DNA from: an uncultured delta proteobacterium
Lineage (GTDB): Bacteria; Myxococcota_A; Polyangia; Palsa-1104
DNA length: 64,000 nucleotides
Direction of reading: 5' to 3'
NCBI GenBank assembly: GCA_963785725.1
Contig: CAWAWS010000007.1
Coordinates: 544,001-608,000, forward strand
The notes below the pieces were generated by a model. The model was not told where the DNA came from, did no database searches, and saw only the letters and a list, made by a program, of their open reading frames with translations. The position numbers were made by a program, and so were the translations under genes. Positions 42,125-55,030 of the stretch are shown one piece after another. Position 1 is the first letter of the stretch. Each line of letters starts with the position of its first letter.

Positions 42125-43164
42125 CGCGCGCCGGAGAGCTGCTCATCGTCGGATTCGAAGGCAAAGAGGCGCCGCCCGAGCTGCTGTCGCGCATCGGCGC
42201 CGGGCGCGTCGGCGGCGTCATCTTGTTCGCGCGCAACTTGGGCACGCCCGACGAGATCGCGGCCTTGACCGCGGCGCTGCAAGCGGCGACGCCGGCCGAC
42301 GCGCCGCCGCTCATCGTCAGCGTCGACCAAGAGGGCGGGCGCGTGCAGCGCGTGAAAGCGCCGCTGACGGTGTGGCCGGCGATGGCGCGCGTCGCGGCCG
42401 TCGGCGATCCGGCGTACACCGAAGCCGTCGGACGCGCGATCGGCCTGGAAGTGGCGGCGCTCGGCTTCAACGTCGACTACGCGCCGGTGCTCGACGTGCA
42501 CACCAACGCCGACAATCCCATCATCGGCGATCGCGCGTTCGGCACCGAGCCGCAAGCGGCGGCGGGGCAGGCGTTGGCGTTTTGGCGCGGCCTCGAGTCG
42601 GCGGGCGTGCGCGGCTGCGGCAAGCATTATCCCGGTCACGGCGACACGGCGACGGATTCGCATTTGACGCTGCCGAAAGTCGACGCCAAGGAGCAGCGGC
42701 TGCGCGAGATCGAGCTGGCTCCGTTCGTCGCGGCGGCCAATGCGCGCGTGCCGATGTTCATGACGGCGCACGTCGTCTATCCGGCCGTCGACGTCGAGCC
42801 GGCGACGCTGTCGCATCGCTGGCTGACCGAGATACTGCGCGATCAGCTCGGCTATCGCGGCGTCGTCGTCTCCGACGATCTCGACATGAAGGCCGTGCAC
42901 GAGCGCTGGTCGACGCGCGAGGTCGTGGCGCGCAGCTTGGCCGCCGGCGCCGATTGCTTCTTGGCCTGCCGCGACCCGGGCGTGCAGGCCGAGGCCGAGG
43001 CCGTGCTCGACGAGAATATGGCGCGCGGCGAAGACGGCGGCCGCGCGGCGGCGTCGATCGAGCGCGTGCGCGGCTTTCGCGCGACGTTGGCGCGCGCGCC
43101 GGCGGGATCTTGGCGCGCGCTGCCGCTCGACGAGCACGCCCGCTTGGCCGCGCGCGCGCAATAG
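42121..43164 (+). CDS. nagZ: Beta-N-acetylhexosaminidase (GH3)
   Basis: GGVILFARN, VDQEGGRVQR, KHYPGHG.T.TDSH, SDDLDMKA; ATGA overlap. Confidence 0.93.
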   Translation: MTRAGELLIVGFEGKEAPPELLSRIGAGRVGGVILFARNLGTPDEIAALTAALQAATPADAPPLIVSVDQEGGRVQRVKAPLTVWPAMARVAAVGDPAYTEAVGRAIGLEVAALGFNVDYAPVLDVHTNADNPIIGDRAFGTEPQAAAGQALAFWRGLESAGVRGCGKHYPGHGDTATDSHLTLPKVDAKEQRLREIELAPFVAAANARVPMFMTAHVVYPAVDVEPATLSHRWLTEILRDQLGYRGVVVSDDLDMKAVHERWSTREVVARSLAAGADCFLACRDPGVQAEAEAVLDENMARGEDGGRAAASIERVRGFRATLARAPAGSWRALPLDEHARLAARAQ

Positions 43165-43371
43165 CGCGACTCCCAAGGCGCGCACGCTCACTAGCGGCGT
43201 CGCGCGTTCGCAGCGTTAGCGCGCGTGCTGTCTCGTCGCCGGCACAGCCGCGCGACGCGACGATGACGATCGCGAAGAGAGCTCGCGCGCACCTTGCCGC
43301 GCACAGCGGCTGCGTGCGAGCGTTCGCCGCGCTCGCGAGCCCGCGAGCTACTGCCGAGGAGCGGCCGACCC

Positions 43372-45807
43372 ATGCGCAGCAGCACACGTACGGCGCTCGC
43401 TTCGAGCGCGATTCTGGTCAGCATGTTGTCCACGCTGCTCGGCAGCGGCTGCGGCAGCGACGGCAGCCAAGCTGACGGCGGCGCCACGCACGACCATGAC
43501 GACTTGAGCGCGAGCAGCGGCGCCGACCTCGGTCACGCCGGCAGCGACGACGACGGAGGCAGCAGCGTCGACGGCGGCGCGCCCGACCTGGCCGAAGCCG
43601 TCGCGCGCTACACCGATCTCGTCGACCCGTTCATCGGCACGGCGGGCACCAAGAGCATCAACTGCTTCCCCGGCGCCGTGTTGCCGTGGGGCATGGTCGC
43701 GGCCAGCCCCGACACGACCGTCTCGACGGGAACGCCGGCCAGCGGCACGCACGCGTCCGGCTACTTGTCCGAAGACGACCTCATCCAAGGCTTCTCGCAC
43801 ACGCGTTTGCAGGGCACGAGCACGCCCGACATCGGCGTCGTCATGCTCATGCCGGCCGTCGGCGCCGCGGCGTCGCTCATCACCGAAGCCGGCTACCACT
43901 CGACGTACGACAAGACGACGGAAGCAGCCTCGCCCGGCTATTACGCGGTGACGCTGACGAAGCCGAACGTGCGCGCCGAAATGACGGTCACGCGGCGCGG
44001 CGCGCACCATCGCTACACGTTCGTGTCGGCGCCGGCCGGCGGCGTCGGCCAAGTCGTGCTCGACCTCGGCCACGCCATGATCGGCACCAACATCATCGAC
44101 GCGCAGCTGGCCGTGAACGGCAGCGTCCTCGAAGGCTACACGACGCCGAGCGGCCGCTTTTCCGGTCCGTCGGTCGGCGGCCTCAAGACCTACTTCTCGA
44201 TTCAGTTCGATCCCGCGCCCACTTCCGTTTCGACGTGGACGGGCACGACCATCGACGCCACGACGACGAGCCGCAGCGGCACGAAGATCGGCGCCGTCGC
44301 CTCGTTCGCCGTCGCCGCCGGCACGCAGATTCACGCGCGCGTCGGCATCTCCTACGTCGACGTCGCCGGCGCGCGCGGCAATCGCGTCGCCGAGCTGCAG
44401 ACGCTCGACTTCGACGGCGACAAGCAGCGCGCCAGCGACGCCTGGCAGACGCAGCTCGCCGCCGTCCGCTTCACCGGCGGCACCGACGCCGAGCGCACGA
44501 TCATGGCCACCGCGCTCTATCACTCGATGGTCGTGCCGTCGCTGGTCACCGACGTCGATGGGCGTTATCACGGCTTCGACAACGCCACGCACACGGCGAC
44601 GTTCGACTATCACACCAATTTCTCGATGTGGGACACCTATCGCACGGTGCATCCGCTGCTCGATCTCGTGCGGCCGGCGCAGCAGAGCAACTTGTCGCAG
44701 TCGCTGATTCAGATGGCGCGCGAAGGCGGCTATTTCCCGCGCTGGCCCATGGGTCACGGCTATCCCAACATCACCGCCGGCTCGCCCGCCGACGTCGTCG
44801 TCGCCGAGTCCTATCTGCGCGGCGTGCGCGGCTTCGACCCGTCGGAGGCCGTCGACCTCATGCTGAAGGAGGTCGACAGCCCGCCGCCGCCCGGCAGCCA
44901 ACACAGCGGCCGCGAAGGCCTCGCCAGCTACCTGTCGGTAGGCTACGTCCCCGTCGGTACGGTCGTGCCCGGCGTCGGCGCGCGCGTCGTCGTGCGCACG
45001 CTCGAATACAACGTCGCCGACGCCTCCATCTCGGCGTTGGCGACGGCCATCGGCCGCACCGCCGACGCCACGCGCTCGCACACCTGGTCGCAGAGCTATC
45101 ACACGCTCTGGGACACGAGCACCAACGTCTTCCGTGGCAAGAACGCCGACGGCACATGGACGACGCCGTTCAACCCGCTCACCGACGACGAGAACCTCTA
45201 CTACGGCGCCAACGGGTTGCAGTATTCGTGGCTGGTGCCGCAGGACATGTTGGGCCTCATGGCGCTGCACGGCTCGCCCGATCTGATGACGACGCACTTG
45301 ACGTCGTTCTTCACGCAGGCGCAGGCGGCGATCGCGGCCAATCAGCCGGCGAATTACTACATTCAAGGCAACGAGCCCGACATCAACGCGGCGTTTCTCT
45401 TTTTGGCGGCGGGCCATCCCGAGCTGACGCAGCGCTGGGTCGATTGGGCGGCCACGTCGTTCTACTCGACGGCGCACGACGGCCTGCCCGGCAACGAAGA
45501 CGCGGGCGCGCTCTCGGCTTGGTACGTCTTGAGCGCGCTCGGCCTCTATCCGGCGACGGCGACCAACGTCTGGCTCATCGGCCGTCCCAGCTTCCCGCGC
45601 GTCGAGCTCAGCGTGCAAAACGGCACCCTCGTCCTCGATGCGCCGCTGGCCAGCCCGACCAACATCTACGTGCAGAACGTGACCTGGAACGGCGTCGTGC
45701 TCGCGCATCCGTGGATCACGCAAGATCAGATCGCCAACGGCGGCACGCTGCACTTCGACATGGGCCCGCAACCCGGCACGTGGGGCACGAACTTCGGCAG
45801 CTTCTAG
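43372..45807 (+). CDS. GH92 alpha-mannosidase family lipoprotein
   Basis: LGSGC lipobox; VDPFIGT, FPGA..PWGM...SPDT, SMWDTYRT.HPL, QGNEP, LPGNEDAGALSAWY. Confidence 0.92.
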   Translation: MRSSTRTALASSAILVSMLSTLLGSGCGSDGSQADGGATHDHDDLSASSGADLGHAGSDDDGGSSVDGGAPDLAEAVARYTDLVDPFIGTAGTKSINCFPGAVLPWGMVAASPDTTVSTGTPASGTHASGYLSEDDLIQGFSHTRLQGTSTPDIGVVMLMPAVGAAASLITEAGYHSTYDKTTEAASPGYYAVTLTKPNVRAEMTVTRRGAHHRYTFVSAPAGGVGQVVLDLGHAMIGTNIIDAQLAVNGSVLEGYTTPSGRFSGPSVGGLKTYFSIQFDPAPTSVSTWTGTTIDATTTSRSGTKIGAVASFAVAAGTQIHARVGISYVDVAGARGNRVAELQTLDFDGDKQRASDAWQTQLAAVRFTGGTDAERTIMATALYHSMVVPSLVTDVDGRYHGFDNATHTATFDYHTNFSMWDTYRTVHPLLDLVRPAQQSNLSQSLIQMAREGGYFPRWPMGHGYPNITAGSPADVVVAESYLRGVRGFDPSEAVDLMLKEVDSPPPPGSQHSGREGLASYLSVGYVPVGTVVPGVGARVVVRTLEYNVADASISALATAIGRTADATRSHTWSQSYHTLWDTSTNVFRGKNADGTWTTPFNPLTDDENLYYGANGLQYSWLVPQDMLGLMALHGSPDLMTTHLTSFFTQAQAAIAANQPANYYIQGNEPDINAAFLFLAAGHPELTQRWVDWAATSFYSTAHDGLPGNEDAGALSAWYVLSALGLYPATATNVWLIGRPSFPRVELSVQNGTLVLDAPLASPTNIYVQNVTWNGVVLAHPWITQDQIANGGTLHFDMGPQPGTWGTNFGSF

Positions 45808-45813
45808 CGCTTA

Positions 45814-45894
45814 CTTATTGTCACTTCGACAATAAGCCCAGACTTCGCGTCACCGCGACAATAAGGTTCGACTTACTGTCGAATCGACAGTAAC
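45814..45894. repeat. Three tandem 23-bp palindromes CTTATTGTC-N5-GACAATAAG, 29-bp period
   Basis: 45814 CTTATTGTC-ACTTC-GACAATAAG; 45843 CTTCGCGTC-ACCGC-GACAATAAG; 45872 CTTACTGTC-GAATC-GACAGTAAC. Confidence 0.9.
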
Positions 45895-48040
45895 TACTTG
45901 CGACGCAAGAGCAGCGCTTCGCCGAGCAGCAGCAGCAGCAGCGCGGCGCCGAGCGTGTGCCATAGCTCGACGCGGCGCTTGGGCACCGCTTGCGCCGACG
46001 CCGCGCCGCCGCCGGCCGTGAGCGCGCGCAGCCGCGCGGCGTCGATGGGCGTCGGATCGGACTCGGCCGCGTCCACATCGATGACGAAGCTGGCGTCGGG
46101 CCGCGCCCGCATGACGCCGTCGCGACCGGCGGCGGCGACGCGGTAGATGCCGGGCTCGTCCGTGGCCTCGAAGCCGAGCAGCCGCCGCCCCGCGACCTTG
46201 TCCTTCTCGAACGCCAGCTGCTTGCCCGATGGTTGCGTCACTTCGACGCGAAGGTCGCCGTCGTGCAGCGGGATCTCGTGGCGCTGTCCGACGGTCTGCG
46301 CCGCTTCCGGATCGTGCATGGGCGCGCGGGCGAGATAACGCGTGGCCTGCTGCATGAGCGGCAAGAAGGCCGGCTGAATCGGCAGATCGGTCCAGTCGCG
46401 ATCGAGCGTCGACGCCCACACGAGCACGCGGCCGGCGCCGAGGCGACCTTCGAGCAGCGCCGGCGCGCCGTCGGCAAAGCGCAGGAGAACCTGCCGTTCG
46501 CCTTCGGGGCGCGGGCGAAACAGCGCGTAACGCGAGAAGCGCGCCGCTTGCAATGCCTCGCCCGCCTGCGCGTCGGCGAGCGGCGCGAGCAGCGGATGAT
46601 TGCGGTCGATGCGCCCGAGGCGCATGCCGTCGCCGCCGGCGCGGCGCTCGCCATCGTCGCGATCGGCGGCCGTGGCGCCGACGGTGCGCAGCGTCTGCAG
46701 CGGCTGCGGCAACAGATCGCCGAGCGCGCCGTTGTAAGCGTCGGAGTCGACGTTGTCGCCGAGCGCGATGAAGAGGCCGCCGCCGCTTTGCACGTACTCG
46801 CGCAGCGCGTCGCCGTCGGGCTGCTTGACGTTGCACAAGAAGACGACGTCGAAGTCGGCGAGGCGGCGACCGGCCAATTCGTCGGCGGCGACGGTGCTGA
46901 CGTCGAGCTGTGAGTCGTCGCGATCGCCGGGCCGCAGCGCGGTCTCCAAGTAGAACACTTCGTCGTCGCGGCGCGAGGTGCGCGGATCGCCGTCGACGAC
47001 GAGCACCCTCAGCGCGCGCCGGACTTCGACGCGGGCGAAGCGGCGGTCATCGAGCGGCAGGACGTCGGGCAAAAGCTCGGCGGTGACGTCGTAGACGCCG
47101 AGCTCGCCGCCGCCGGCGCGCGGCTCGAGCACGTGGAAGAAGCGCTTGATGGCGCGCCCGTGCGCCGGCACGTCGACGAGCCCTTTGGCCACGGCGTGCC
47201 CGTCGACGCGCAAGGTCATCGGCAGCTCCTTGACCGCTTGCGCGCCGAAGTTGGCGACGTCGACGGAGATGCGCACGCCGCGCGGCCCGAGATGCGGCGC
47301 CGGCTCGGTGCGCACGTCGACGACGGCGCGGTTGGCGGCCGGGGTCCCGTCGCTGACGTCGACGACGACGAGCTCGGGCCCGCGTCCGGCGGCCCACGGC
47401 GGCTCCGAGCCAAACCCATGCGCCGCCAGATCCGACAACAAGTAGACGCGATGCGCCGGCCGCGATGCCGTCACCAGAATCTGCGCCGCCCGCTTGAGCG
47501 CGCCGGTTATGTCAGTTGCACAATAAGTCGGGCGGATCTGGGCCAGCTCGCGCTGCAGCTTGATGCGATCGCCGGTCAATTGCGCCACCGGCGCGCCGCC
47601 GTCGCGGGAGCCGAGGACGATGGCCACTTCCGAGTCGCTGCCGAGCGCGTCGAGGATGCGGCGCGCGCGATACTTCGCCGTCGCCAGCAGCGTGCGTCCG
47701 CTGCGCTCCGCCGACATCGACAGGGAGTCGTCGATGACGAGCACCGCCGACTGCGCGCCGGCCACCGCCGACGCCGGCAAATCGTGGCTCGTGGCCTCGA
47801 CGAAGGGCTTCGCCAAGATCAGCGGCACCGCGGCGATCGCCAGCGCGCGTAAGAGTAGGAGCAGCCAGCGCTGCAGCTTCGTCCGCCGCGCGACGCGGCG
47901 ATCGCTGCGCTGCAAGAGCTCCATCGCGGCGAAGCGGCGCACGCGCGCGCGGCTGCGGCCGATCAAGTGGATGGCGATGGGGATGGCGAAGGTTATTGTC
48001 GCAATGACGTAACCAGGCGACAGAAAGCCGAGCCCGCTCA

Positions 48041-48041
<1 letters not shown>
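45894..48041 (-). CDS. BatA/VWA domain membrane protein
   Basis: IPIAIHL...RFAAMELL...LLLLLRALA..LAKPF (BatA N-terminus); MIDAS DDSLS; C-terminal ES...TM-RRK. Confidence 0.88.
47505..47527. repeat. Intragenic copy of the palindrome
   Basis: GGTTATGTC-AGTTG-CACAATAAG; coding strand ACT TAT TGT GCA ACT GAC ATA. Confidence 0.75.
47992..48014. repeat. Intragenic copy of the palindrome
   Basis: GTTATTGTC-GCAAT-GACGTAACC. Confidence 0.75.
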
Positions 48042-48934
<893 letters not shown>

Positions 48935-48947
48935 GTCGACCTAGTTA

Positions 48948-48970
48948 CTTATTGTACGAATGACAATAAG
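48948..48970. repeat. Intergenic copy of the palindrome between the moxR-like and DUF58 genes
   Basis: CTTATTGTA-CGAAT-GACAATAAG, flanked by A and T extending the dyad. Confidence 0.88.
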
Positions 48971-48978
48971 TCGGCACG

Positions 48979-49979
<1,001 letters not shown>

Positions 49980-50209
49980 CGGCCGTCAGTGTGCCACGAA
50001 ACGGGCGGCGATGCCCGGCCGTCGACGCGACAATCACGCTGGCCGCGCGCGCGACGACGAGCGACGCGGCCGCGGTCGCGCTCGGCGGTGCGATTGCGCA
50101 CAGCGCGCGCCCGTCGGCCCGTTACGCGCGCGCAACCTCAACGGGCCGTAGGCATTCCATGACCGCGACGCCGCCCAGCTCCGATTTCCAACGACGGGCG
50201 AGACGAAGG

Positions 50210-51736
50210 CTAGCGCAGCATTTGGCAGGCGCGCGCTTCGGCCGCCTCGCGCGCGTCCTTGGTCTTGCCGAACGCGCGCTCGAGCCCGCAGTGGACCGCC
50301 GGATCGAACGGGTTGATCGCCAGCGCCGCCAGCAAATACTGCTGCGCGCGACCGCTGTCACCTTTGGCCAACCAAGCCTCGCCCAGCGTCGCGTTGGGTG
50401 CCGCCTGATCGGGATAGAGCTCGAGCTCGCCTTCGGCGGTCGTGATCGCGCGGCTGGGATCGCCGAGCTCCAAATACGTGCGCGCCAGCTTGTTCGCCAC
50501 CGACGGATGGCCGGGCCCGACGATCGCCGCCGCCTTCTCGTACTCGGTCGCCGCCGCCGCCAGCCGATGCCGCGCGCGCAGCATGCCGCCGAGCCGCGCC
50601 AGCTTGCGCGCCCGCTCTTCGGAGATGTGCGCCGAGTCGTCCTCGCTCGCCTCGGTCGTCTTGGCGCCCGACTTCTTGAACTTCAGCTCCGTCTCCGCCG
50701 GCAACAATCCCGGGTGCAGCCGCAACTTTCGCGTCCGCAGCCACGCGCGCCACTGCGGCTCGAAGTCGTCGAGCGGCTTGCCGTCGCGCAGCTTGCCGAT
50801 GAGCGCGCGCAGCGCCGGCCAGCCGCCTTGCGCGTGCAAGTAGTCGACGACGGTGTAGACCTCGGCGAACGCCAGCGCCGTGTCCTCCTGCGACGGCAGC
50901 TTGGCCATCGACGGATGCATTTGCGCGAACGTAATCAGATGCTTGTGCGCCAAACCCGTCGCCAGCAAGTGCTCCATCACCGGCGTCAACCCGCCGCCGG
51001 AAGGACCACGCCAGCGGCGCTCTTCGAACTTCGCCAGCCCTTCGTGCAGCCAGATCGGCACCGTATTCTTCGAGACGCGCGTCACGATGTAATGCGTGAG
51101 CTCGTGCGTCAGCGTGTCGAGCCACGGATAGCCGGCGATGAGCGCGCGCGGCGACACGATCATGAGCCGGTTGTATTTGCACAAGGCGATCGTCCCCGAC
51201 GTCTCGATCTCTTTGAGCGTCAGCGGCGACACGCGCGCCAGATCGGCCACTTCGGGATAGATCTCGACGCGCACCGGCTCCGACGGACGCCAGCCGAAGT
51301 CGTCGCCGAGCGCCGCGTAGGCGTGCTCGAGCGCGCCGAGCGCATAGTCGGCGAGCAGCGCGTCTTTGCCGGCCGAGTAAGAGACGACGAAGTGCTGTCC
51401 GCGCGCGACCGCATACTCCTTGGTCACGGCGTCGGTCGACTGCGCCAGGTCGCGCATGCGCGCCGCTTCGGCGCCGTTCTCGCCGCGCAACTTGCCGGCC
51501 GCCTCCGCGAACCGCTCGGCGGCGCGCGCGTATTGCCCGTGATGGAAGATCAAGTCGCCGTCGGCGAACGCCACTTCGGGATCGTGCGGCCGCGCGCGCA
51601 AAAGCGGCTCGAGCTCGCGCTGCGCTTCGTCGAGCCGCTGCTCCTCGACGAGCTGATAGACCCGCTCCGCCGACGCTGCGCGCGCAACGCCGCTCGGCAG
51701 TAGGATTACGAGAGCCAGCAGGCAGGCGCGCGTCAT
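50210..51736 (-). CDS. Exported TPR protein with central MA-clan Zn-peptidase domain
   Basis: Signal peptide; TLTHELTHY...PIWLHEGLA (HExxH...E); TPR-like helices on both sides. Confidence 0.85.
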   Translation of the reverse strand: MTRACLLALVILLPSGVARAASAERVYQLVEEQRLDEAQRELEPLLRARPHDPEVAFADGDLIFHHGQYARAAERFAEAAGKLRGENGAEAARMRDLAQSTDAVTKEYAVARGQHFVVSYSAGKDALLADYALGALEHAYAALGDDFGWRPSEPVRVEIYPEVADLARVSPLTLKEIETSGTIALCKYNRLMIVSPRALIAGYPWLDTLTHELTHYIVTRVSKNTVPIWLHEGLAKFEERRWRGPSGGGLTPVMEHLLATGLAHKHLITFAQMHPSMAKLPSQEDTALAFAEVYTVVDYLHAQGGWPALRALIGKLRDGKPLDDFEPQWRAWLRTRKLRLHPGLLPAETELKFKKSGAKTTEASEDDSAHISEERARKLARLGGMLRARHRLAAAATEYEKAAAIVGPGHPSVANKLARTYLELGDPSRAITTAEGELELYPDQAAPNATLGEAWLAKGDSGRAQQYLLAALAINPFDPAVHCGLERAFGKTKDAREAAEARACQMLR

Positions 51737-54700
51737 TTCGCCAGCTCCTCGTAGTAGCGCTTGAGCTGCTCTTTGTACTCGGTCGGCGCGCCGCGCTTCA
51801 TGGCGTCGAGCAGATCCTGGCGGAACTCCTTGGGCGCGCGGAACTCGTCGGCGCCGGGAATGCGCACCGGCTCCTTGTCCATGCGCGTGTCGCCGCTGCC
51901 GTCGCGCGGACGCCGCTCGCGCTGCATCTGCTCCTTCATCTGCGACAGCTTGTCGAGCGCCTGCGACTCCTCGCCGACGGCTTCGCTCGCCGCCTGCCCG
52001 CGCAGCTGGCCGGTCGCGCGCTCCATGTGCTGCCCGGCCTCGCGCAGTCCCGGCTGCATGTCGCGCGGCAGCGGCAGCGCCATCGGCTTGCCGTCGGGCC
52101 CGAGCTTCGGCTTGCCCAGCTCCTTGCCGAGCTCCTGCACGTGCTTGCGCAGCTGATCTTGGCGCTTGGCCAGCTCCGCCAGCTTCTTCTGATCCTCGCT
52201 CGACATCAGCGACGACGGCCGCGGCATCGCCTTGTCCAGCTCGTCGACGACCTCGCGCGCCAGCATCTCATCGTCGCCGACCTGCTCGCGCGTCTTCTTG
52301 AGCTTCGGCGGCGTATGCGTGAAGCCGCGCTGCTCTTCGTCGTGCAGATCCATCGCCATGTTGCGCAGGCCTTCATGCGCTTGCCGCGCCATGCCGCGCG
52401 CCTCGTCGAGATCGCCGGCGCCGAGCGCGCGATCGGTGTCGGCCACGCGCGAACGAATCCGCTGCAGCTCCTCCTGATCGTACGGCGACACCGCCTGCGG
52501 ATCGAGCGCGTCCAGCTGCCGCTTGAGCTTGGCCACCTTGTCGCGCGTCCGCTTCGTCAGCGCGTCGGCCTTGTCCTTCATCTGCCGCTGCACTTCGGCG
52601 CGCGCGCGCTGGCGCACCTGATCGGTCTCGTCCTTGACCCGCTTTTGCTCCTCGGCCAAGTCGGAGATCTTGTTCTCGACCTCGCCCAGCGCCTTTTCTT
52701 CGGGCCCGAAGCGCTGATTGCGATAGCCGCGCAAGTCCTGCTCCATCGACTGCATCATCTTGTCGAGCGACTGCGACATCTTCTCCAGCTCCGCCATCGC
52801 CTTGTCGACGTCGCCGCGCGCCAGCATCTGTCGCAAGTCATCCATGCGCTTCTGCAGATCGTTGTTGCCCATGGCCTCGGCGTTGAGGAACTGATCGGGC
52901 AGCTCCGACGACAGCTGCTTCGCCTTCTCCGCCAGCTCCGCCATCTTGCGCTCGAGCTGCTTCAGCTCCCGCTCGATCTCCTTTTTCACCGCTTCCGAGC
53001 GCGTCTTCTTGTAGTCGCTCATCAGCTGCTTCAGCCGATCGCGCGCCTGCGCCATCTCGTCGGCGACGGCGAGCAGCTCCTCGAGCCGCTGCTTGCCCAG
53101 CAGATCGTCGAGCAAGATGGCGTCGCGCTCGAGCTCGGCGACGTGCGCGCCGTTGCCTTTGTCGAGCGGCCGCGCCGCGCCCGCGTGCTGCGCCGACTTG
53201 CGCCGCTTCTCGCGCAGCTCGGTCAGCAGCTGCTCTTCGTCGTGCACGAGCTTGCCTTGGCGCGCGTGCATCTCGCCCAAGATGGTCTTGCCGTCGCGCG
53301 TCGACGCGCTCTTCGACTTGGGCAGCTCGGCCGCCGACTGCTCGGCGCGCGCCAACGCCAAGAGCAGCGCATCGGCGCGCGAATGAATCCGCGTGTAGCT
53401 CTCGACGAGCGCCTCATCGGTCGCGTCGTGCCTGACCTCGAGCCGATCGCCGAGGAGCTGCACCAGCTCGTCGAGCAGCGCGTTCTCGTCGGCGAGCGCA
53501 CGCTCCGACTTCTCACGCGGGCTGAACATCACCAGCGTCAACGTCTTGGAGTGACCGATGTTCGGCCGCGGCTGATCGTCGTTGTCCTTGGCTTCCAAAT
53601 GATAGGCGACCCGCGCGCCCGGCTTCAGGTCGAGCTCGGCCAAATCCCACTCGAGCTTGCCCGATTGCGCGCGCGCGCCCGGCGGCGGCGTCGCGATCGT
53701 CCGGCGCTGCTCGGCCGTCTCGCCGATCTTCCACACGAGATCGATGGCGCCGAGCCCGTAATCGTCGTCGACCGACCAGGCCAGCTCGACGCGACGCGGG
53801 CCGGCCACCTCCAGCGGATCGGCGGGCGCATACAGATCGACGCGGGGCGCGCGGTCGACGTCGAGATCGATGACGTGCGCCTCCGGCTCGCGCACGCGAT
53901 GGGCACCGACGCCGAGCACGAAGCGCCAGCTGCCGCGCGCGGTGACGTCGAAGCTGACCGACAAATGGCCGTCGTGAACCTCGACCGGCAGCTCGCGCGG
54001 CGGCTGTCCGTCAGTTTCCAGCGCCAGCGCCGCGTCCCGCTCGACGGCGACGAGCGCGCGCGCCGCGACGGTGACGCGCGTGCCCGGCAGCGCCAGCACG
54101 TGGCCGGTCGAGCCGGGAATCACGCGCGGCGGCAAGCCCGTATACGCGGGATACATGAGCGTCAGCTCGACGTCGCCGACGATGGGCTCGACCGACGTCG
54201 TCGCCGGCGGCTCGGCCGACGTCAAGAGCAGCCAGCCGTGCGCGACGCCGGCCGGCCACACCCGCGCGAGGCCGACCAGCAGCGCCAGCGCGACGAAGAG
54301 CGGCCACACATTCGCCAGCCGCCGCACCGGCAACAGGCGGCGCAGGTCGACGCCGCGGGTCAGCTCGGCGGCGCGCTGCCGCTGCGCGCGCGCCAGGGCC
54401 GGCGACAAGATCAGCTCCGCCTCGAGCCGCGGCAGGTCGCGCCCGAGCTCGATCGCCGACCACAGATCGTCGCCGACGTTGGGTTGCAGCTCGCCGATCA
54501 GCCGCGCGACCGCGTCATCACGGCGCCACCGCGCGAGGCCGCGCGCGCCGACGACCGCGCCGACGCCGAGCCCGACGCCGGCCGCCAAGAGCGCGAAAGG
54601 TCGCCAGCCCGCGCCCGGCGCCAACGCCGCGCCGCCGATGAGCGCGACGAGGCCACCCACCGCCGAGGCGCCGCCGCGACCGAGCGCCCACCACAGCTGC

Positions 54701-54777
54701 CGCGCGCGCAGCCGTGCGCGCGCCGCGCCGACGAAAGCGGCAATCTCTACGGCAGGTTCCAGCGAGGCTCCGGGCAC
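51733..54777 (-). CDS. DUF4175-like membrane-anchored long coiled-coil protein
   Basis: N-terminal TMs, YPAYTG, DDDYG, A.DND, long Gln/Met/Glu/Lys coiled-coil, C-terminal YYEEL; start uncertain. Confidence 0.8.
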   Translation of the reverse strand: MPGASLEPAVEIAAFVGAARARLRARQLWWALGRGGASAVGGLVALIGGAALAPGAGWRPFALLAAGVGLGVGAVVGARGLARWRRDDAVARLIGELQPNVGDDLWSAIELGRDLPRLEAELILSPALARAQRQRAAELTRGVDLRRLLPVRRLANVWPLFVALALLVGLARVWPAGVAHGWLLLTSAEPPATTSVEPIVGDVELTLMYPAYTGLPPRVIPGSTGHVLALPGTRVTVAARALVAVERDAALALETDGQPPRELPVEVHDGHLSVSFDVTARGSWRFVLGVGAHRVREPEAHVIDLDVDRAPRVDLYAPADPLEVAGPRRVELAWSVDDDYGLGAIDLVWKIGETAEQRRTIATPPPGARAQSGKLEWDLAELDLKPGARVAYHLEAKDNDDQPRPNIGHSKTLTLVMFSPREKSERALADENALLDELVQLLGDRLEVRHDATDEALVESYTRIHSRADALLLALARAEQSAAELPKSKSASTRDGKTILGEMHARQGKLVHDEEQLLTELREKRRKSAQHAGAARPLDKGNGAHVAELERDAILLDDLLGKQRLEELLAVADEMAQARDRLKQLMSDYKKTRSEAVKKEIERELKQLERKMAELAEKAKQLSSELPDQFLNAEAMGNNDLQKRMDDLRQMLARGDVDKAMAELEKMSQSLDKMMQSMEQDLRGYRNQRFGPEEKALGEVENKISDLAEEQKRVKDETDQVRQRARAEVQRQMKDKADALTKRTRDKVAKLKRQLDALDPQAVSPYDQEELQRIRSRVADTDRALGAGDLDEARGMARQAHEGLRNMAMDLHDEEQRGFTHTPPKLKKTREQVGDDEMLAREVVDELDKAMPRPSSLMSSEDQKKLAELAKRQDQLRKHVQELGKELGKPKLGPDGKPMALPLPRDMQPGLREAGQHMERATGQLRGQAASEAVGEESQALDKLSQMKEQMQRERRPRDGSGDTRMDKEPVRIPGADEFRAPKEFRQDLLDAMKRGAPTEYKEQLKRYYEELAK

Positions 54778-55030
54778 GCCGCACAGTTTGTCACGAAATC
54801 TGTCCCAAATTCGAGTTGCAGTGACACGGCAAAGATACATACTGACTGTCGGGCGGCAGAGCTTCCGACGTACTCCCCCCAACGCCGGAGGTTTTGTCCG
54901 CCCATTTTCTTGTCTTCAGTCACACTTCCTATCCAACTCCGCATTTTTCGCTGGTTTTCTTCCCGTTTTATTCTGAATATTCTTCTCCGGCCGCCGTCGG
55001 ACCCACAGAGCGCAAGAGCGATAAACGGAC

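Noticed and set aside
43165..43371. GC-rich intergenic region with possible hairpins (also 49980-50209)
   Set aside because: No recognisable ncRNA motif or repeated unit; pairing is expected by chance at this GC level.
45814..45894. Mini-CRISPR array or Tn7-like transposon end (GACAATAA resembles TnsB sites)
   Set aside because: Inter-repeat gaps are only 6 nt, no cas or tns genes, the sites are dyads, and further copies lie inside intact genes.
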